Source: Candidatus Bruticola sp. (GTDB taxonomy: Bacteria > Vulcanimicrobiota > Xenobia > Xenobiales > Xenobiaceae). Taken from it: a DNA stretch of 64,000 nt. Below the pieces are notes generated by a model, which searched no databases, had not been told where the DNA came from, and saw only the letters and a program-made list of their open reading frames with translations. Numbering within the stretch: position 1 is the first letter of the stretch; the number at the start of each line of letters is the position of its first letter. The translations under genes and the position numbers were made by a program. The stretch covers positions 22,003 to 86,002 of the forward strand of contig JBJEGD010000042.1 of NCBI GenBank assembly GCA_051874735.1. The letters are read 5' to 3'. Positions 8,605 through 20,069 of the stretch are shown piece by piece.

Positions 8605-9528
8605 CTATTGCTGAACACAACGCCAATCGGCGGTAAAATCGTTATGAGCGCCTGCTTTAGCTTTTTCTATCAAAAGATCGGCCATTTTATTGACAGCCCA
8701 AGGGAAGTGAGCATCACGCAGAGAGCGATAATCGAAGTCGCAAACATAATTAGTAATATCAATGGCGTAGAGAACATGATCTTTGATTGCAAACTCCAAA
8801 GCATTCATATCATAGCCAATCGCCCTATTAAATTTAATAGTATATTCCTCTGCCTTAGCTAAATCGCTGGGATCGAGCACACCACGATCCTGAACATACT
8901 CACCATTGCCCATAGGACGAGGTATATAGCGAATAGCACGAGCATTATCACGACCGATACTTAAGCAGCGAATATAATCTTCCCAAGCGATAAACTCCTG
9001 CAAAGTCATGGTCAAACAGCCAGATTCATTGTAAGCCTGGATAGCATCTTCTTTACTGTAAATTTTATACACGTTCTTCCAGCCGCCGCCAAAAGCCGGC
9101 TTCATTATACAAGGCAGACCAACTTCAGCCAAACGGGCATCCCAATCTATAGGCCACATATTGCGCAGAGAACCAGACGTAATATCAGCGGTATAAGACA
9201 AATTGGGCAAGACCACGGTTTTAGGGACCGGAATACCCAAACGCTTAGCTAAAGAATACCCAAAAAACTTATCATCAACGTTCATCCAGAAGGGATTATT
9301 GACCACATAAGTTCCCTGCATTGAGGCTTGTTTTAGATACACTTGGTAATATGGAACTTCATGGGAGATGCGATCTAAAATAGCGCTGTAAGGGCATTCT
9401 TCTCCGCAGCTCGTGCCACCTAAATGAATGTATTCAGCATGAACACCACAGTCACGGCGATTAATTTCGGCAATCACGCCATCCGGGAAACTATCTTCAC
9501 GACCACGCAGAACACCAACCTTCAACAT
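8605..9528 (-). CDS. ATP-grasp (RimK/glutathione synthetase-like) ligase
   Basis: DRISH, NNPFW..DDKFF, IPVPKTVVLP, MKPAFGGGWKNVYK, LQEFI, D.N..EFAI...YAID; GAGGAGG RBS favours ATG 9528. Confidence 0.85.
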   Translation of the reverse strand: MLKVGVLRGREDSFPDGVIAEINRRDCGVHAEYIHLGGTSCGEECPYSAILDRISHEVPYYQVYLKQASMQGTYVVNNPFWMNVDDKFFGYSLAKRLGIPVPKTVVLPNLSYTADITSGSLRNMWPIDWDARLAEVGLPCIMKPAFGGGWKNVYKIYSKEDAIQAYNESGCLTMTLQEFIAWEDYIRCLSIGRDNARAIRYIPRPMGNGEYVQDRGVLDPSDLAKAEEYTIKFNRAIGYDMNALEFAIKDHVLYAIDITNYVCDFDYRSLRDAHFPWAVNKMADLLIEKAKAGAHNDFTADWRCVQQ

Positions 9529-9607
9529 ATTAAACAACCCTCCTCAGCATAATAAATAGCTCCAAACAACCACTCTGAAAAAAATGGCGCGAACTGAAAA
9601 ATAGGGA

Positions 9608-10591
9608 CTAATTAAGCTTACTCACATAGCTCAACGCCCAATTGCGCACACCCAAGTCTTTATCATGTAAAGCCTTGCGCAAGAACTCATAATCCTCTGT
9701 TTCCGCAGCTAAAGCATAAGCACGACGACGCACCGCAGCATCCCCATAATTTATACAGAGCTCATAAATACCTAAACTATTGACTCCCTGATTCTGCAAA
9801 TCTAAACGTTCTTGAGGCTCCATGGAAACCATTAAGTCGAGCATACCATGCAGAATAGCTCTAGTATCAGGCCAACAAGTGAAATTCTTTACAATATGAC
9901 GGATAACTTTGGAAGCATCCTCGCCAGTACCGACTAAACAAGTAATCGCTTTGCGAGCTAAAAATGTGGGAGCAAGAAGGGGCCTTTCCTGGGTGGGTTT
10001 TAAAAAACCTACGGAAATATCTTTCTCTACATCGAGTCCCATAGCCCACTGGCAGATAGTGCGCCTATTGCTGTTATCAAAACACCGCATATCTAAAGAA
10101 CGTTCTACAATAGCAGAGCGTCCTTCTTCACTTAGACAATTACTCATCAACAAACAAATCAGCAGACAAACTCTGTCATTTTTACTAACTTCTGCCTTAC
10201 TCAGAATAGCTTCACAACAGTAGAGACTGTCATCTTTGTCCAGCGGTTCCAAAGAAGCCTCTCTGGTGAGATTCATATTTGTATCCGGATCAGCAAGTTC
10301 ACAGGCATAACTAATAATTTTATCAACAGTAATAGTTTCACTAGCATTGCTGCAAAGCCAAGCCAGTGCCAAAAGTCCGCCGGGAGAGACCTGCACAAGT
10401 TGACTAAAAGCACGCTGACGTATATTTTGGTCTAAGCGAGCTCTAAATAATTCTCTAGCCCAAGCATCGCGACAATCTTGCTCAGTTAAAGCCACTTGCT
10501 CATTTAGTCCACGCCTAGCACAGCGACGCAAACGCTGACGGGCACGCCTCTTTATATTCTGTAAGGCTGCGCTACTGAAAACCTCGTCCAA
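9608..10591 (-). CDS. Hypothetical helical protein with C-terminal HEAT-like repeats
   Basis: 327-aa ORF; DAAVRRRA and ALHDKDLGVRNWAL resemble HEAT repeats; GGGAGG RBS. Confidence 0.6.
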   Translation of the reverse strand: MDEVFSSAALQNIKRRARQRLRRCARRGLNEQVALTEQDCRDAWARELFRARLDQNIRQRAFSQLVQVSPGGLLALAWLCSNASETITVDKIISYACELADPDTNMNLTREASLEPLDKDDSLYCCEAILSKAEVSKNDRVCLLICLLMSNCLSEEGRSAIVERSLDMRCFDNSNRRTICQWAMGLDVEKDISVGFLKPTQERPLLAPTFLARKAITCLVGTGEDASKVIRHIVKNFTCWPDTRAILHGMLDLMVSMEPQERLDLQNQGVNSLGIYELCINYGDAAVRRRAYALAAETEDYEFLRKALHDKDLGVRNWALSYVSKLN

Positions 10592-10836
10592 AAGAAAATC
10601 CTCCCAATAAGAGCCTGGGACATCGCTCTTCCCCTACTCCATTACCTTACTTATATATCCTGATCACTTTAGCAAAATAGGGAAAAAAACCTGCTCAGCC
10701 TCAGTGAGAGAAGAAGAAAAAGGCGAATACGCCCTCATGTAAGCAATAAGAACGCTCCGCCTTCCATATACAGAAACATAGAAAGGCGGAGTTTATGAAA
10801 CTTACTGTTCCATAAATTCCGCCCTCAATTAACCAC

Positions 10837-13800
10837 CTATAAGCCCAAAGGATCGCTTCCTAAGCTGATGGCTAAATTATCTTCGGGAGTCAACGAGCCA
10901 TCAAAGACCGAAGAGGCTTCATGGTTGTTGTTCTTATAAATTCTAGCACCGTGCAGACCGACATGAACTTGACGGTACTGTTCCATGCCTGTACCAGCAG
11001 GGATCAACTTGCCGATAATAACGTTTTCCTTCAAACCACGCAAATGATCGACTTTACCGTTGATAGCAGCTTCTGTCAAAACTTTAGTAGTTTCTTGGAA
11101 GGAAGCAGCCGACAAGAACGAGTCTGTCGCTAAAGACGCTTTAGTTACACCTAAGAGAACAGGCTCAAATTCGGCAAAGGCTTTGAGATGCTCGAGCGCC
11201 GCTTCTTTGCCCATTTCTGCAATCAGCTTATTGTTCTCAGCGCGAATCATATTATTCTGATTTTCCACGAAGAGTACATCTTGGAGACTGCCAGGCAACA
11301 TATTCGTATCGCCAGCATCAGTAATGCGCACTTTGCGCAGCATCTGACGGACAATGACCTCAACATGCTTATCGCTGATATCTACACCCTGATCGCGGTA
11401 TACAGTCTGAACTTGGTCAACGATATAACGCTGCACTTCTTCTAATCCTTTAATGCGCAATACATCATGAGGATTCATGAAGCCATCTACCAGCACATCG
11501 CCAGCGACAACCTTACTATGATCTGAAACATTAAGCTTAGCCTTGTAAGGTACCAGCATGGAGAACTCTTCTTCAATAGTATCGTCGGCACGGTAACGAG
11601 TAATCGTAACCTTATGCTGTCCCTTCTCTTCGCTCAGAGTAACTTCACCGCTTATTTCGGCTAAGAAGCCCAAATTCTTAGGCTTACGGGCCTCAAAGAG
11701 CTCTTCTACACGTGGCAAACCTTGGACGATATCTTCCTGAGCGACACCACCAGTGTGGAAAGTACGTAAGGTCAGCTGAGTACCGGGTTCACCAATAGAC
11801 TGGGCAGCCACAATACCCACCGTCTCGCCGATTTCCACAGGCTTGCCAGTAGCCAAGTTGCGTCCGTAGCACTTAGCACAAACACCATGTTCCGCATGAC
11901 AAGTCATCACAGAACGAATTCTGAAGCCCGGACGGTGCCAAGTGTGGCGATCGTTAGGATCGGGCTTAATAAAACCGTCAATATCAGCATCACGAGAGAG
12001 CCAACGCTCGATATCAGCCGCCTGCTCTTCTTCAATAAGATCGCCAGAGCTGATATGGCAAGCGTTGCCATTCTTGTCCTCGTAATCAAGATCTTGAGCT
12101 GCGTAGCGACCAGTTAAACGCTCAGACAAGCGCATCTTAACGTCGTTGCCATTAACTGCCGGCTCAACTAAAATACCGTGACTGGTACCGCAGTCATCCT
12201 CGCGCACGATAATATCTTGAGAGACATCGATCAAGCGGCGAGTGAGATATCCAGAGTCAGCTGTACGCAAAGCAGTGTCAGCCAAACCTTTACGAGCGCC
12301 GTGAGTGCCGATAAAGTACTCTAACACCGTCAAACCTTCGCGCAAGTTAGAACGGATAGGCATAGGAATAATTTTACCAGTCGGGTCAGCCATCAATCCG
12401 CGCATACCGGCCAGCTGCTTAACCTGAGATGGGTTACCACGAGCACCAGAGGTGGCCATCATAAACACCGGGTTCAAGCGATCTAAGTGGCGCATCATCG
12501 CTGAACCGACTTCCTCAGTAGCACTAGCCCAAATTTTATTGAGCTGCAGATAATGTTCGTTTTCGGTTAAGAAACCTCTAGCCAAGAACCGATCGGCCTC
12601 AGCGACTTTAGCGTCAGCCCGTCCTAAAATGTGAGCCTTTTCAGGGGGGATCTTAATATCATTCACGCTGATAGACGTACCGGAGCGAGTGGCGAACTTA
12701 TAACCTAAAGCCTTAAGGTTGTCGAGGAAAGCCGCTGTTTTGGTATTGCCATGCGCAGAGTGAGTGCGCTTAACCAAAGCAACAATATCTTTCTTTCCAA
12801 AAGGATGGTTAAACTCAGCGAAGACCATACGTCCCTTGCCAAGTTTGCGACCATCGCCAGGTAAAATAGAATCCTCGCGTATATTATCAGGTACAGCTCC
12901 CCACATGAGCAAGCGTCCGACCGTAGTGGAAACACGCTCGCCGAAGAGACTTACAAATATAGGAGCCTGAATCTCGACTGCACCAGATTCATAAGCTAAA
13001 ACAGCTTCGTTTATAGAACCGAAGCACTTGCCTTCACCCTTAGAGTCATGTTTCTCAATAGTGAGATAATACATGCCCAATACCATATCTTGAGTAGGTA
13101 CGGTTGCAGGCGAGCCATAAGCCGGCAGCAAAATGTTATGGGCTGACAGCATGAGGATACGAGCTTCAGCCTGAGCACCAGCAGACAAAGGCAGGTGTAC
13201 AGCCATCTGGTCGCCATCAAAGTCGGCGTTATAGGGAGTACAGACCAACGGATGGAGCTGCAAAGCTTTACCTTCTACCAACACAGGTTCGAAAGCCTGA
13301 ATACCTAAACGGTGCAGAGTTGGGGCACGGTTAAGCAATACCGGATGGTCGACAATAACTTCCTCTAAAGCATCCCAAACTTCAGCGCGAGACTTTTCAA
13401 CCATGCGTTTGGCAGCTTTGATATTGAGAGCCTTGCCATTATCAACCAAGTTCTTCATAACAAAAGGTTTGAAGAGCTCTAAGGCCATCTCTTTAGGCAA
13501 ACCGCACTGATGCAGCTTAAGTTTAGGGCCAACTACGATTACTGAACGTCCGGAATAGTCTACACGCTTACCCAACAAGTTCTGGCGGAAGCGTCCCTGT
13601 TTGCCTTTCAGCATATCTGACAAGCTCTTCAGGGGGCGACTGTTAGGACCAGTCACGGGGCGACCACGGCGTCCGTTGTCGATCAAAGCGTCAACAGCTT
13701 CCTGAAGCATGCGCTTTTCATTTTTAACAATAATGTCGGGAGCCCCTAAGTCTTGGAGGCGGCGCAAACGGTTATTGCGGTTAATAACGCGGCGATATAA

Positions 13801-14574
13801 GTCGTTTAAATCGGAAGTTGCAAACCGAGCACCGTCGAGCTGAACCATAGGACGCAAATCCGGAGGAATAACGGGAATAACCGTCAGAACCATCCATTCC
13901 GGACGATTGCCAGATTTACGGAAAGCCTCGACAACTTCAAGACGCTTAATAGCTTTGGCCTTGCGCTGTCCGCTCTGCTCGGCGATTTCTGCACGCAGCT
14001 GCTCATAAAGCTGATCGAGATCGAGTTCTCTAAGAAGCTCCTGAATGGCCTCAGCTCCCATACCAGCACGGAACTGACCGAAGGCGAACTTTTCTTTGAG
14101 CCCGCGGTACTCTTGTTCAGAAAGAAGCTGATACTTTTTCAGTCCGGTTTTCTCATCACCGGGATCGATCACAATATAGCTACTGAAATAAATAACTTTT
14201 TCTAAGTTGCGGGGAGAAAGCTCGAGAAGCAGACCGATACGAGAAGGTACGCCTTTAAAATACCAGATATGCGTTACAGGAGAGGCCAAATTGATATGGC
14301 CCATACGCTCGCGGCGCACCTTAGCGCGGGTAACTTCTACACCGCATTTTTCACAAATTAAGCCCTTGTGACGAACGCGTTTGTATTTTCCGCAATGGCA
14401 TTCCCAGTCTTTTACCGGACCGAAAATACGCTCGCAAAAAAGTCCATCTCGCTCAGGCTTAAGAGTTCTATAGTTAATAGTTTCGGGCTTCTTGACTTCG
14501 CCGGACGACCACTTGCGAATTTGTTCTGGAGAGGCCAGACCAATCTGCATAGCCTCAAAATTATTGACATCCAT
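10837..14574 (-). CDS. rpoC: DNA-directed RNA polymerase subunit beta'
   Basis: [36 protein letters not shown] catalytic motif, [25 protein letters not shown]. Confidence 0.99.
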   Translation of the reverse strand: MDVNNFEAMQIGLASPEQIRKWSSGEVKKPETINYRTLKPERDGLFCERIFGPVKDWECHCGKYKRVRHKGLICEKCGVEVTRAKVRRERMGHINLASPVTHIWYFKGVPSRIGLLLELSPRNLEKVIYFSSYIVIDPGDEKTGLKKYQLLSEQEYRGLKEKFAFGQFRAGMGAEAIQELLRELDLDQLYEQLRAEIAEQSGQRKAKAIKRLEVVEAFRKSGNRPEWMVLTVIPVIPPDLRPMVQLDGARFATSDLNDLYRRVINRNNRLRRLQDLGAPDIIVKNEKRMLQEAVDALIDNGRRGRPVTGPNSRPLKSLSDMLKGKQGRFRQNLLGKRVDYSGRSVIVVGPKLKLHQCGLPKEMALELFKPFVMKNLVDNGKALNIKAAKRMVEKSRAEVWDALEEVIVDHPVLLNRAPTLHRLGIQAFEPVLVEGKALQLHPLVCTPYNADFDGDQMAVHLPLSAGAQAEARILMLSAHNILLPAYGSPATVPTQDMVLGMYYLTIEKHDSKGEGKCFGSINEAVLAYESGAVEIQAPIFVSLFGERVSTTVGRLLMWGAVPDNIREDSILPGDGRKLGKGRMVFAEFNHPFGKKDIVALVKRTHSAHGNTKTAAFLDNLKALGYKFATRSGTSISVNDIKIPPEKAHILGRADAKVAEADRFLARGFLTENEHYLQLNKIWASATEEVGSAMMRHLDRLNPVFMMATSGARGNPSQVKQLAGMRGLMADPTGKIIPMPIRSNLREGLTVLEYFIGTHGARKGLADTALRTADSGYLTRRLIDVSQDIIVREDDCGTSHGILVEPAVNGNDVKMRLSERLTGRYAAQDLDYEDKNGNACHISSGDLIEEEQAADIERWLSRDADIDGFIKPDPNDRHTWHRPGFRIRSVMTCHAEHGVCAKCYGRNLATGKPVEIGETVGIVAAQSIGEPGTQLTLRTFHTGGVAQEDIVQGLPRVEELFEARKPKNLGFLAEISGEVTLSEEKGQHKVTITRYRADDTIEEEFSMLVPYKAKLNVSDHSKVVAGDVLVDGFMNPHDVLRIKGLEEVQRYIVDQVQTVYRDQGVDISDKHVEVIVRQMLRKVRITDAGDTNMLPGSLQDVLFVENQNNMIRAENNKLIAEMGKEAALEHLKAFAEFEPVLLGVTKASLATDSFLSAASFQETTKVLTEAAINGKVDHLRGLKENVIIGKLIPAGTGMEQYRQVHVGLHGARIYKNNNHEASSVFDGSLTPEDNLAISLGSDPLGL

Positions 14575-14672
14575 ATTAACTTGAGTCCTCCTGGTGGAGA
14601 GGCAGAGCCTGCCGATTCACTAATACGAGACAACTCTGCCCACTGCAGTAAGAGCTTTAAACCTAATAGTCT

Positions 14673-17600
14673 TTAGAGTTTAGCAGCTAGATCGTTATTG
14701 GGGAGCTCAAACATCTCATGAGCCATGCTACTGTGCACAGGCTCTTGATCTTCCATTGAGAGCATATCAATCTCACGCCCCTCAGAATTCAAAATTTTGA
14801 CATCTAAAGCCAAACTCTGCAATTCTTTGATCAGCACCTTAAATGACTCAGGGACACCAGGTTCGAGGACATTTTCACCTTTAACAATGGCCTCATAAGT
14901 TTTGACTCTGCCTAAAACATCGTCTGACTTTACGGTGAGCAACTCTTGAAGCGTATAAGCAGCACCATAAGCCTCAAGAGCCCAAACTTCCATTTCTCCA
15001 AAGCGCTGACCACCGAACTGAGCTTTACCACCTAAAGGCTGCTGAGTAATTAAGCTGTAAGGTCCAGTAGAGCGTGCGTGGATCTTGTCATCGACCAAGT
15101 GGGCCAGCTTGAGCATATAAATTTGACCAACAGTCACGCGACCATCATAGGGCTCACCAGTGCGTCCATCGTAGAGAACGGTTTTGCCGTCGACTACAAC
15201 ATGTCTGCGGTAAAGTTCTATATAAGTGGCGATCTCGCGGATCTGTTCTAGGCTATAGTGCTTGCGGTGGCCGATTAAAACTTCTCCCAAGCGATCTTCC
15301 AAGCTGCGCTCGCGCAAGACTTGATTAATCTCGTTAATATCAACACCGTAGCCAACTAACTCTTTGCTGATAGCTGAAGCCAGCTGATTTGCAGGCGTTT
15401 CATCAACAATTTTCTTGAGCTCTTGGGTCGTATAAATGAGCTTAGTCTTGTTTTTAATAAACTCTTGCAAGCGCGAAATTAAGCTGGGCTCATCGAGAAC
15501 ATAAACCAACTCTTCAGTATTGAGATAAACTCCCTTACGCTGCAAATCCGCCTGTAAATTAGCGGTATTCATAACGTAACGCAATTCCTGCTCAGAAGCA
15601 GAGTCGAAAACGGGAACTTCAACACGGAAGCGAGGCTGGCCAGGCTCTGAAAGCATAGCCATAGCTAATCCTAAATGAGTTTCCAAAATTTGGCCGATGT
15701 TCATACGGGAAGGCACACCCAAAGGATTAAGCACAATCTGAACAGGGGTGCCGTCGGGCAGATAAGGCATATCTTCAATAGGCATAACCCTGGAAACTAC
15801 ACCCTTATTTCCGTGACGGCCGGCCATTTTGTCGCCCTGCATAATTTTACGCTTCTGAGCCACGTAAACACGCACCAGCTTATTAACGCCAGGCTTCAAC
15901 TCATTCTTTTTGCCGCTGCCCTCTTCGTCTTCACGGTTGAAAACTTTGACGTCGATGACTTTGCCCTTTTGACCGTGAGGCACCTTCAAAGATGTATCGC
16001 GGACGTCGCGGGCCTTCTCACCAAAGATAGCTCTAAGCAGACGCTCCTCAGCTGTAAGCTCCGTCTCACCCTTAGGAGTGACTTTACCCACCAAAATATC
16101 TTCAGTATTAACCTCAGCGCCAATGCGTACAATACCGTCTTCATCGAGATCTTTGAGGGCATCCTCACCCACGCTGGGAATATCACGAGTAATCTCTTCC
16201 GCTCCCAACTTGGTGTCTCGAGCTTCGCACTCATGCTCTTCAATGTGAATAGAAGTGAATACGTCGTCACGAGCAACCTCTTCGCTAAGCAGGATAGCGT
16301 CTTCGTAGTTATAGCCTTCCCAAGGCATAAACGCTACCAGAACGTTACGTCCTAAAGCCAGCTCACCGTTGACAGAAGACGCACCGTCAGCCAAAACGCT
16401 GCGCACGTCAACACGCTGTCCTAAATTGACTGCAGGGCGCTGGTTAATACAAGTTCCCGCATTGGATCGTTTGAACTTGCGCAGAGGATAAACGTGTTCC
16501 TGTCCCTGTTCATCAGTGACTGTAACGGAAGTAGCGCAAACAGCACTCACATAGCCTTTGTGTTTGGAAACTACCAAAGCTCCGGAGTCTGTAGCCGCTC
16601 TATACTCCATACCAGTACCGACAATAGGTGCCTGAGGAGAAAGCAGGGGAACGGCCTGACGCTGCATGTTAGCTCCCATGAGAGCTCGGTTGGCGTCGTC
16701 ATGCTCCAAGAAGGGAATCAGAGCTGTAGCTACAGAGACAATCTGCTTAGGAGTTACATCCATGAAGTCAACTTCTTCACGAGAAACTACTGTCGTCTCT
16801 TTTTTACCGCGTTTGCGGCGCACAACTACGCGATCGTCGATAATATTGCTGCGCTCATCAAGGCGCGTATTGGCCTGGCAAATAACAAATTCATCTTCAA
16901 CATCGGCATCTTGGTACTGAATGTTATCTGTAACGTGAACTCGCACAGAAGGTTTTATATCATGAGCGACAAGATCGTCGTAATCTTTGCGTTCAAGTAC
17001 CTCACCGCTGTGGAAAACAGTTCCTGTCACGGGATGAACGACATCTCGAGAAAGAATAAGATCGACCTTGCGATACGGAGCTTCAATAAATCCGAAGGAA
17101 TTTACCCGACCATACGTAGCTAAAGAACCGATCAAACCGATATTGGGGCCTTCAGGAGTCTCAATAGGACAGATACGACCATAGTGAGAGTCATGGACAT
17201 CGCGGACTTCGAAACCGGCACGCTCACGGGAAAGACCGCCGGGGCCCAAAGCAGACAGACGGCGCTTGTGTGTGAGTTCAGCCAGCATATTAGTCTGGTC
17301 CATAAACTGGGACAACTGAGAAGAGCCAAAGAACTCTTTAATAGCGGCCGTTACTGGACGAGTGTTAATGAGTAGCTGCGGAGTAATAGTTTCTATATCC
17401 TGCACAGACATACGCTCGCGGACTACGCGCTCCAAACGAAGCAGTCCAACTCGGAACTGATTCTGAAGCAATTCACCCACGCCGCGGATACGACGGTTGC
17501 CTAAGTGGTCTATGTCGTCGTGTTTAACTAAAACGTCAAAGCTGCCTTCACCACAAGCTTTTAATTTGAAGACTCCATTTTCAAGGTAAAGGGGCAGTCC

Positions 17601-18668
17601 TTCATTTAAGCTAATGGAAGCTGATTTATCATCTTTCTTACTACCCTCTTCTTGACGGCGATAGGCATCGGCCTTCATAAGAGCAAGAACGTAGCGAACA
17701 ACAGCAACCACATCGTCTTTTCTCAGAATGGACGGATATTCTAAATGTTGACCGCACTCGCAGCACTCTTCTTTATCGGGCATATTGTAAGCACCGCAGT
17801 TGGTACAAACTATTTTTTGTCCGAGCTTGCGAGCTAAACGATAACTGCCGACCCTAGCTAAATCGTAGCGTTTGCGCTCAAAGAATAAATTATTTAAGAG
17901 CGTGCGGGCACTCTCTTGAGAGGGCTGCTCGCCTGGGCGCTGTTTTTTATAAATTTCTAAGAGAGCGTCTTCAACACTTTCTACAGTATCTTTTTCAAGA
18001 GTTTTTTCCAGCAGAGGCTCATAATTGAAGAGAGCCCTGATATCGTCATTGCTTTCATACTCTAAAGCGCGCAGCAGTACGGTGGCAGGCAGCTTGCGGG
18101 CCTTATCGATACGCACATAAATAACGCCCGAGGTATCAGTTTCAAACTCCATCCAGGCACCGCGGTTGGGAATGACTACAGCAGACCAGGTAGAACGGCC
18201 GGTATCAGGATCTTCATGGTGTTGATAATAAATGCCTGGAGAGCGCACCAACTGGCTGACAATAACTCGCTCAGCACCATTAATAATAAAAGTTCCGCGA
18301 TCAGTCATAGCAGGGAAATCGCCAATAAAGATCTCCTGCTCTCTAGCTTCGCGCACTTCACCGTTCTCTTTAGTAGTCAAACGAACCTTGACTTTTAAAG
18401 GATAAGCGTAAGTGGCATCTTTATCACGGCATTTCTCAACCGACTGGGGCGGTTCGTCTAATTTATGCTCAAGGAATTCCAGCACTAAGTTGCCGGTAAA
18501 ATCCTCAATTGGAGATATATCTTTAAAGGTATCGTCCATACCTTTTTTTAGAAAGCGGTCGTAAGACGAGCACTGGAGTTCAATTAAATAAGGAAGCTCC
18601 ATTACCGGCGGAATTTTTTGAAAAGATATACGCCCTGTGGCCTCGTTCTTGTGTCGAAGAAACGACAT
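14673..18668 (-). CDS. rpoB: DNA-directed RNA polymerase subunit beta
   Basis: [50 protein letters not shown]; GAGGAGG RBS favours ATG 18668. Confidence 0.99.
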   Translation of the reverse strand: MSFLRHKNEATGRISFQKIPPVMELPYLIELQCSSYDRFLKKGMDDTFKDISPIEDFTGNLVLEFLEHKLDEPPQSVEKCRDKDATYAYPLKVKVRLTTKENGEVREAREQEIFIGDFPAMTDRGTFIINGAERVIVSQLVRSPGIYYQHHEDPDTGRSTWSAVVIPNRGAWMEFETDTSGVIYVRIDKARKLPATVLLRALEYESNDDIRALFNYEPLLEKTLEKDTVESVEDALLEIYKKQRPGEQPSQESARTLLNNLFFERKRYDLARVGSYRLARKLGQKIVCTNCGAYNMPDKEECCECGQHLEYPSILRKDDVVAVVRYVLALMKADAYRRQEEGSKKDDKSASISLNEGLPLYLENGVFKLKACGEGSFDVLVKHDDIDHLGNRRIRGVGELLQNQFRVGLLRLERVVRERMSVQDIETITPQLLINTRPVTAAIKEFFGSSQLSQFMDQTNMLAELTHKRRLSALGPGGLSRERAGFEVRDVHDSHYGRICPIETPEGPNIGLIGSLATYGRVNSFGFIEAPYRKVDLILSRDVVHPVTGTVFHSGEVLERKDYDDLVAHDIKPSVRVHVTDNIQYQDADVEDEFVICQANTRLDERSNIIDDRVVVRRKRGKKETTVVSREEVDFMDVTPKQIVSVATALIPFLEHDDANRALMGANMQRQAVPLLSPQAPIVGTGMEYRAATDSGALVVSKHKGYVSAVCATSVTVTDEQGQEHVYPLRKFKRSNAGTCINQRPAVNLGQRVDVRSVLADGASSVNGELALGRNVLVAFMPWEGYNYEDAILLSEEVARDDVFTSIHIEEHECEARDTKLGAEEITRDIPSVGEDALKDLDEDGIVRIGAEVNTEDILVGKVTPKGETELTAEERLLRAIFGEKARDVRDTSLKVPHGQKGKVIDVKVFNREDEEGSGKKNELKPGVNKLVRVYVAQKRKIMQGDKMAGRHGNKGVVSRVMPIEDMPYLPDGTPVQIVLNPLGVPSRMNIGQILETHLGLAMAMLSEPGQPRFRVEVPVFDSASEQELRYVMNTANLQADLQRKGVYLNTEELVYVLDEPSLISRLQEFIKNKTKLIYTTQELKKIVDETPANQLASAISKELVGYGVDINEINQVLRERSLEDRLGEVLIGHRKHYSLEQIREIATYIELYRRHVVVDGKTVLYDGRTGEPYDGRVTVGQIYMLKLAHLVDDKIHARSTGPYSLITQQPLGGKAQFGGQRFGEMEVWALEAYGAAYTLQELLTVKSDDVLGRVKTYEAIVKGENVLEPGVPESFKVLIKELQSLALDVKILNSEGREIDMLSMEDQEPVHSSMAHEMFELPNNDLAAKL

Positions 18669-18915
18669 TCGAGAAGATCCTCCTCTGCGCAATTAGCTGA
18701 CATATTCCCCACGCCCGGCAAAGGCGGAGGATTCTTAGATATTAACGAGCTCAGCCGCAAAAACAAATCGGACAGGCTCTCTCTAAATAGATGATGCCCC
18801 ATCTATGCTAACTTTCAGCACCAGCGCTGTGCGATTAAGTCTGCAATTAGGCAGAGCCAGAGACAGCGCCTTGGTTGAAGCATGAAAACAGCAGAAACCG
18901 CTGCTAAGTCCAATC

Positions 18916-18964
18916 AAAGAACAAAAAGAGCGCACACCAACCAGCAGTCGGCGCGTAAGCTCTT
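18916..18964 (-). terminator. Terminator/attenuator-like hairpin in the rpoB leader
   Basis: Minus strand AAGAGC-TTACGCGCCGAC-TGCTG-GTTGGTGTGC-GCTCTT followed by TTTGTTCTTT. Confidence 0.55.
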
Positions 18965-19110
18965 CTTATCCTAATTTATAGATATATATCAAGCAAAACT
19001 TGTTCCGAGCTTTTTATCGATACTCAACCCATACAGATCGGCCTGCAATGCCAACCCCGCGGAGGCTTAACAGCCTCATGAAGGTATCTTATCCTTCTAT
19101 CGCGCATGAT

Positions 19111-19139
19111 ATACTACAACAATAAAAATTTAAAGTCAA
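19111..19139 (-). promoter_or_regulatory. Putative sigma70 promoter for rpoBC
   Basis: TTGACT-17 bp-TAGTAT on the minus strand. Confidence 0.55.
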
Positions 19140-19333
19140 GTTCGGTCAACAGCTAATAGTTCCATGGTTTTTCGCCCAAACAAATCTCAACTTTTAGTTG
19201 AAATAATTGTCTAAATATAATTCCAGCTAGTTTATCTGCCTTTTTTTTGTTATAATTCCCCGGCATCGTTTAGGGGGAAAGCAGAGGATATGAATTCTCG
19301 GCGCAGCCTCTGCAATTTTTTGGAGGGAAAAGA

Positions 19334-19618
19334 ATGGAAGAAAACCGCACGAATTTGGAGCACTTAGAAGGAACAGATGCTAAGCTGGCCGCTATTGTCG
19401 AGCGGATAGAAGCTTTGGAAGAAGAAAAAGCTGGTATTGCTCAAGACATTAAAGATGTTTATGCTGAAGCAAAAATTGAAGGCTTCGACGTCAAAGTTCT
19501 GCGCCGCATTATCAGCCTACGCAAAATGGAGCCTCAAGAAAGGGAAGAGCAAGAGAGCCTCCTATCTCTGTACATGCAGGCTTTAGGCATGTATGCCAAT
19601 CAGCAGCAGTCGAACTAA
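19334..19618 (+). CDS. gapR: GapR-like (DUF2312/UPF0335) DNA-binding protein
   Basis: [42 protein letters not shown]...[15 protein letters not shown]; GGAGG RBS. Confidence 0.9.
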   Translation: MEENRTNLEHLEGTDAKLAAIVERIEALEEEKAGIAQDIKDVYAEAKIEGFDVKVLRRIISLRKMEPQEREEQESLLSLYMQALGMYANQQQSN

Positions 19619-19771
19619 TATACTTATAGAAGAGGACTAGAGCTTACATGGTTAAATGATTTGCTTATCCTTTACTTCAGCTAATTAAGCTAAGTGCAGC
19701 CGCAGCTGTTTTACACTTATAGTTAAGTATAAGTGTCCTAGAATTGCCGTGACCGCCACATTGTAAAAACG

Positions 19772-19799
19772 TTGACATTTTTAATGATATTGATATAAT
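19772..19799 (+). promoter_or_regulatory. Consensus sigma70 promoter of tRNA-Pro
   Basis: TTGACA-16 bp-TATAAT ending 18 bp upstream of the tRNA. Confidence 0.85.
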
Positions 19800-19817
19800 G
19801 AGCGTGCTTGTTTATGT

Positions 19818-19894
19818 CGAGGCGTAGCGCAGCCTGGCAGCGCGCAACGTTCGGGACGTTGAGGTCGGAGGTTCAAATCCTCTCGCCTCGACCA
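19818..19894 (+). tRNA. tRNA-Pro (anticodon CGG)
   Basis: CGAGGCG acceptor stem pairs with CGCCTCG-ACCA; anticodon arm CAACG-TTCGGGA-CGTTG; T-loop GGTTCAAATCC; 77 nt. Confidence 0.97.
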
Positions 19895-19904
19895 CACAGC
19901 GGAT

Positions 19905-19949
19905 AGAAGCGGAGCGATCAGATTGTTTTCTGGTTCCTCTGCTTTTTTT
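19905..19949 (+). terminator. Terminator after tRNA-Pro
   Basis: AGAAGCGGAG...CTCTGCTTTTTTT imperfect hairpin plus T-tract. Confidence 0.55.
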
Positions 19950-20069
19950 GTTTAAATATGCGCACACAAAAAAATTTTCCAGCCTCAAAATCAGCTTTTC
20001 CCAAGCGATTTGTCAGCTGGAAAATTTGCAGCAGCTCAAACAAAGCGGCGCCCCTAAGATTGCACTTGA

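Noticed and set aside
7448-8862. Alternative ORFs 7448..7723, 7558..8238(-), 8284..8502(-) and 8446..8862
   Set aside because: They overlap or shadow better-supported genes and a terminator, and lack RBS or motifs.
17250-17330. Intrinsic rifampicin resistance in RpoB cluster I
   Set aside because: Key residues equivalent to E. coli Q513, D516, H526 and S531 are wild type; the Pro-to-Met change (TNMLAEL) has no basis I can cite for resistance.
10921-18398. Antisense ORFs within rpoB/rpoC (e.g. 15675..16355, 16494..17123) and similar ones in ppdK, dnaE and glyQS
   Set aside because: Typical codon-bias shadow ORFs of highly expressed genes; no recognisable protein features.
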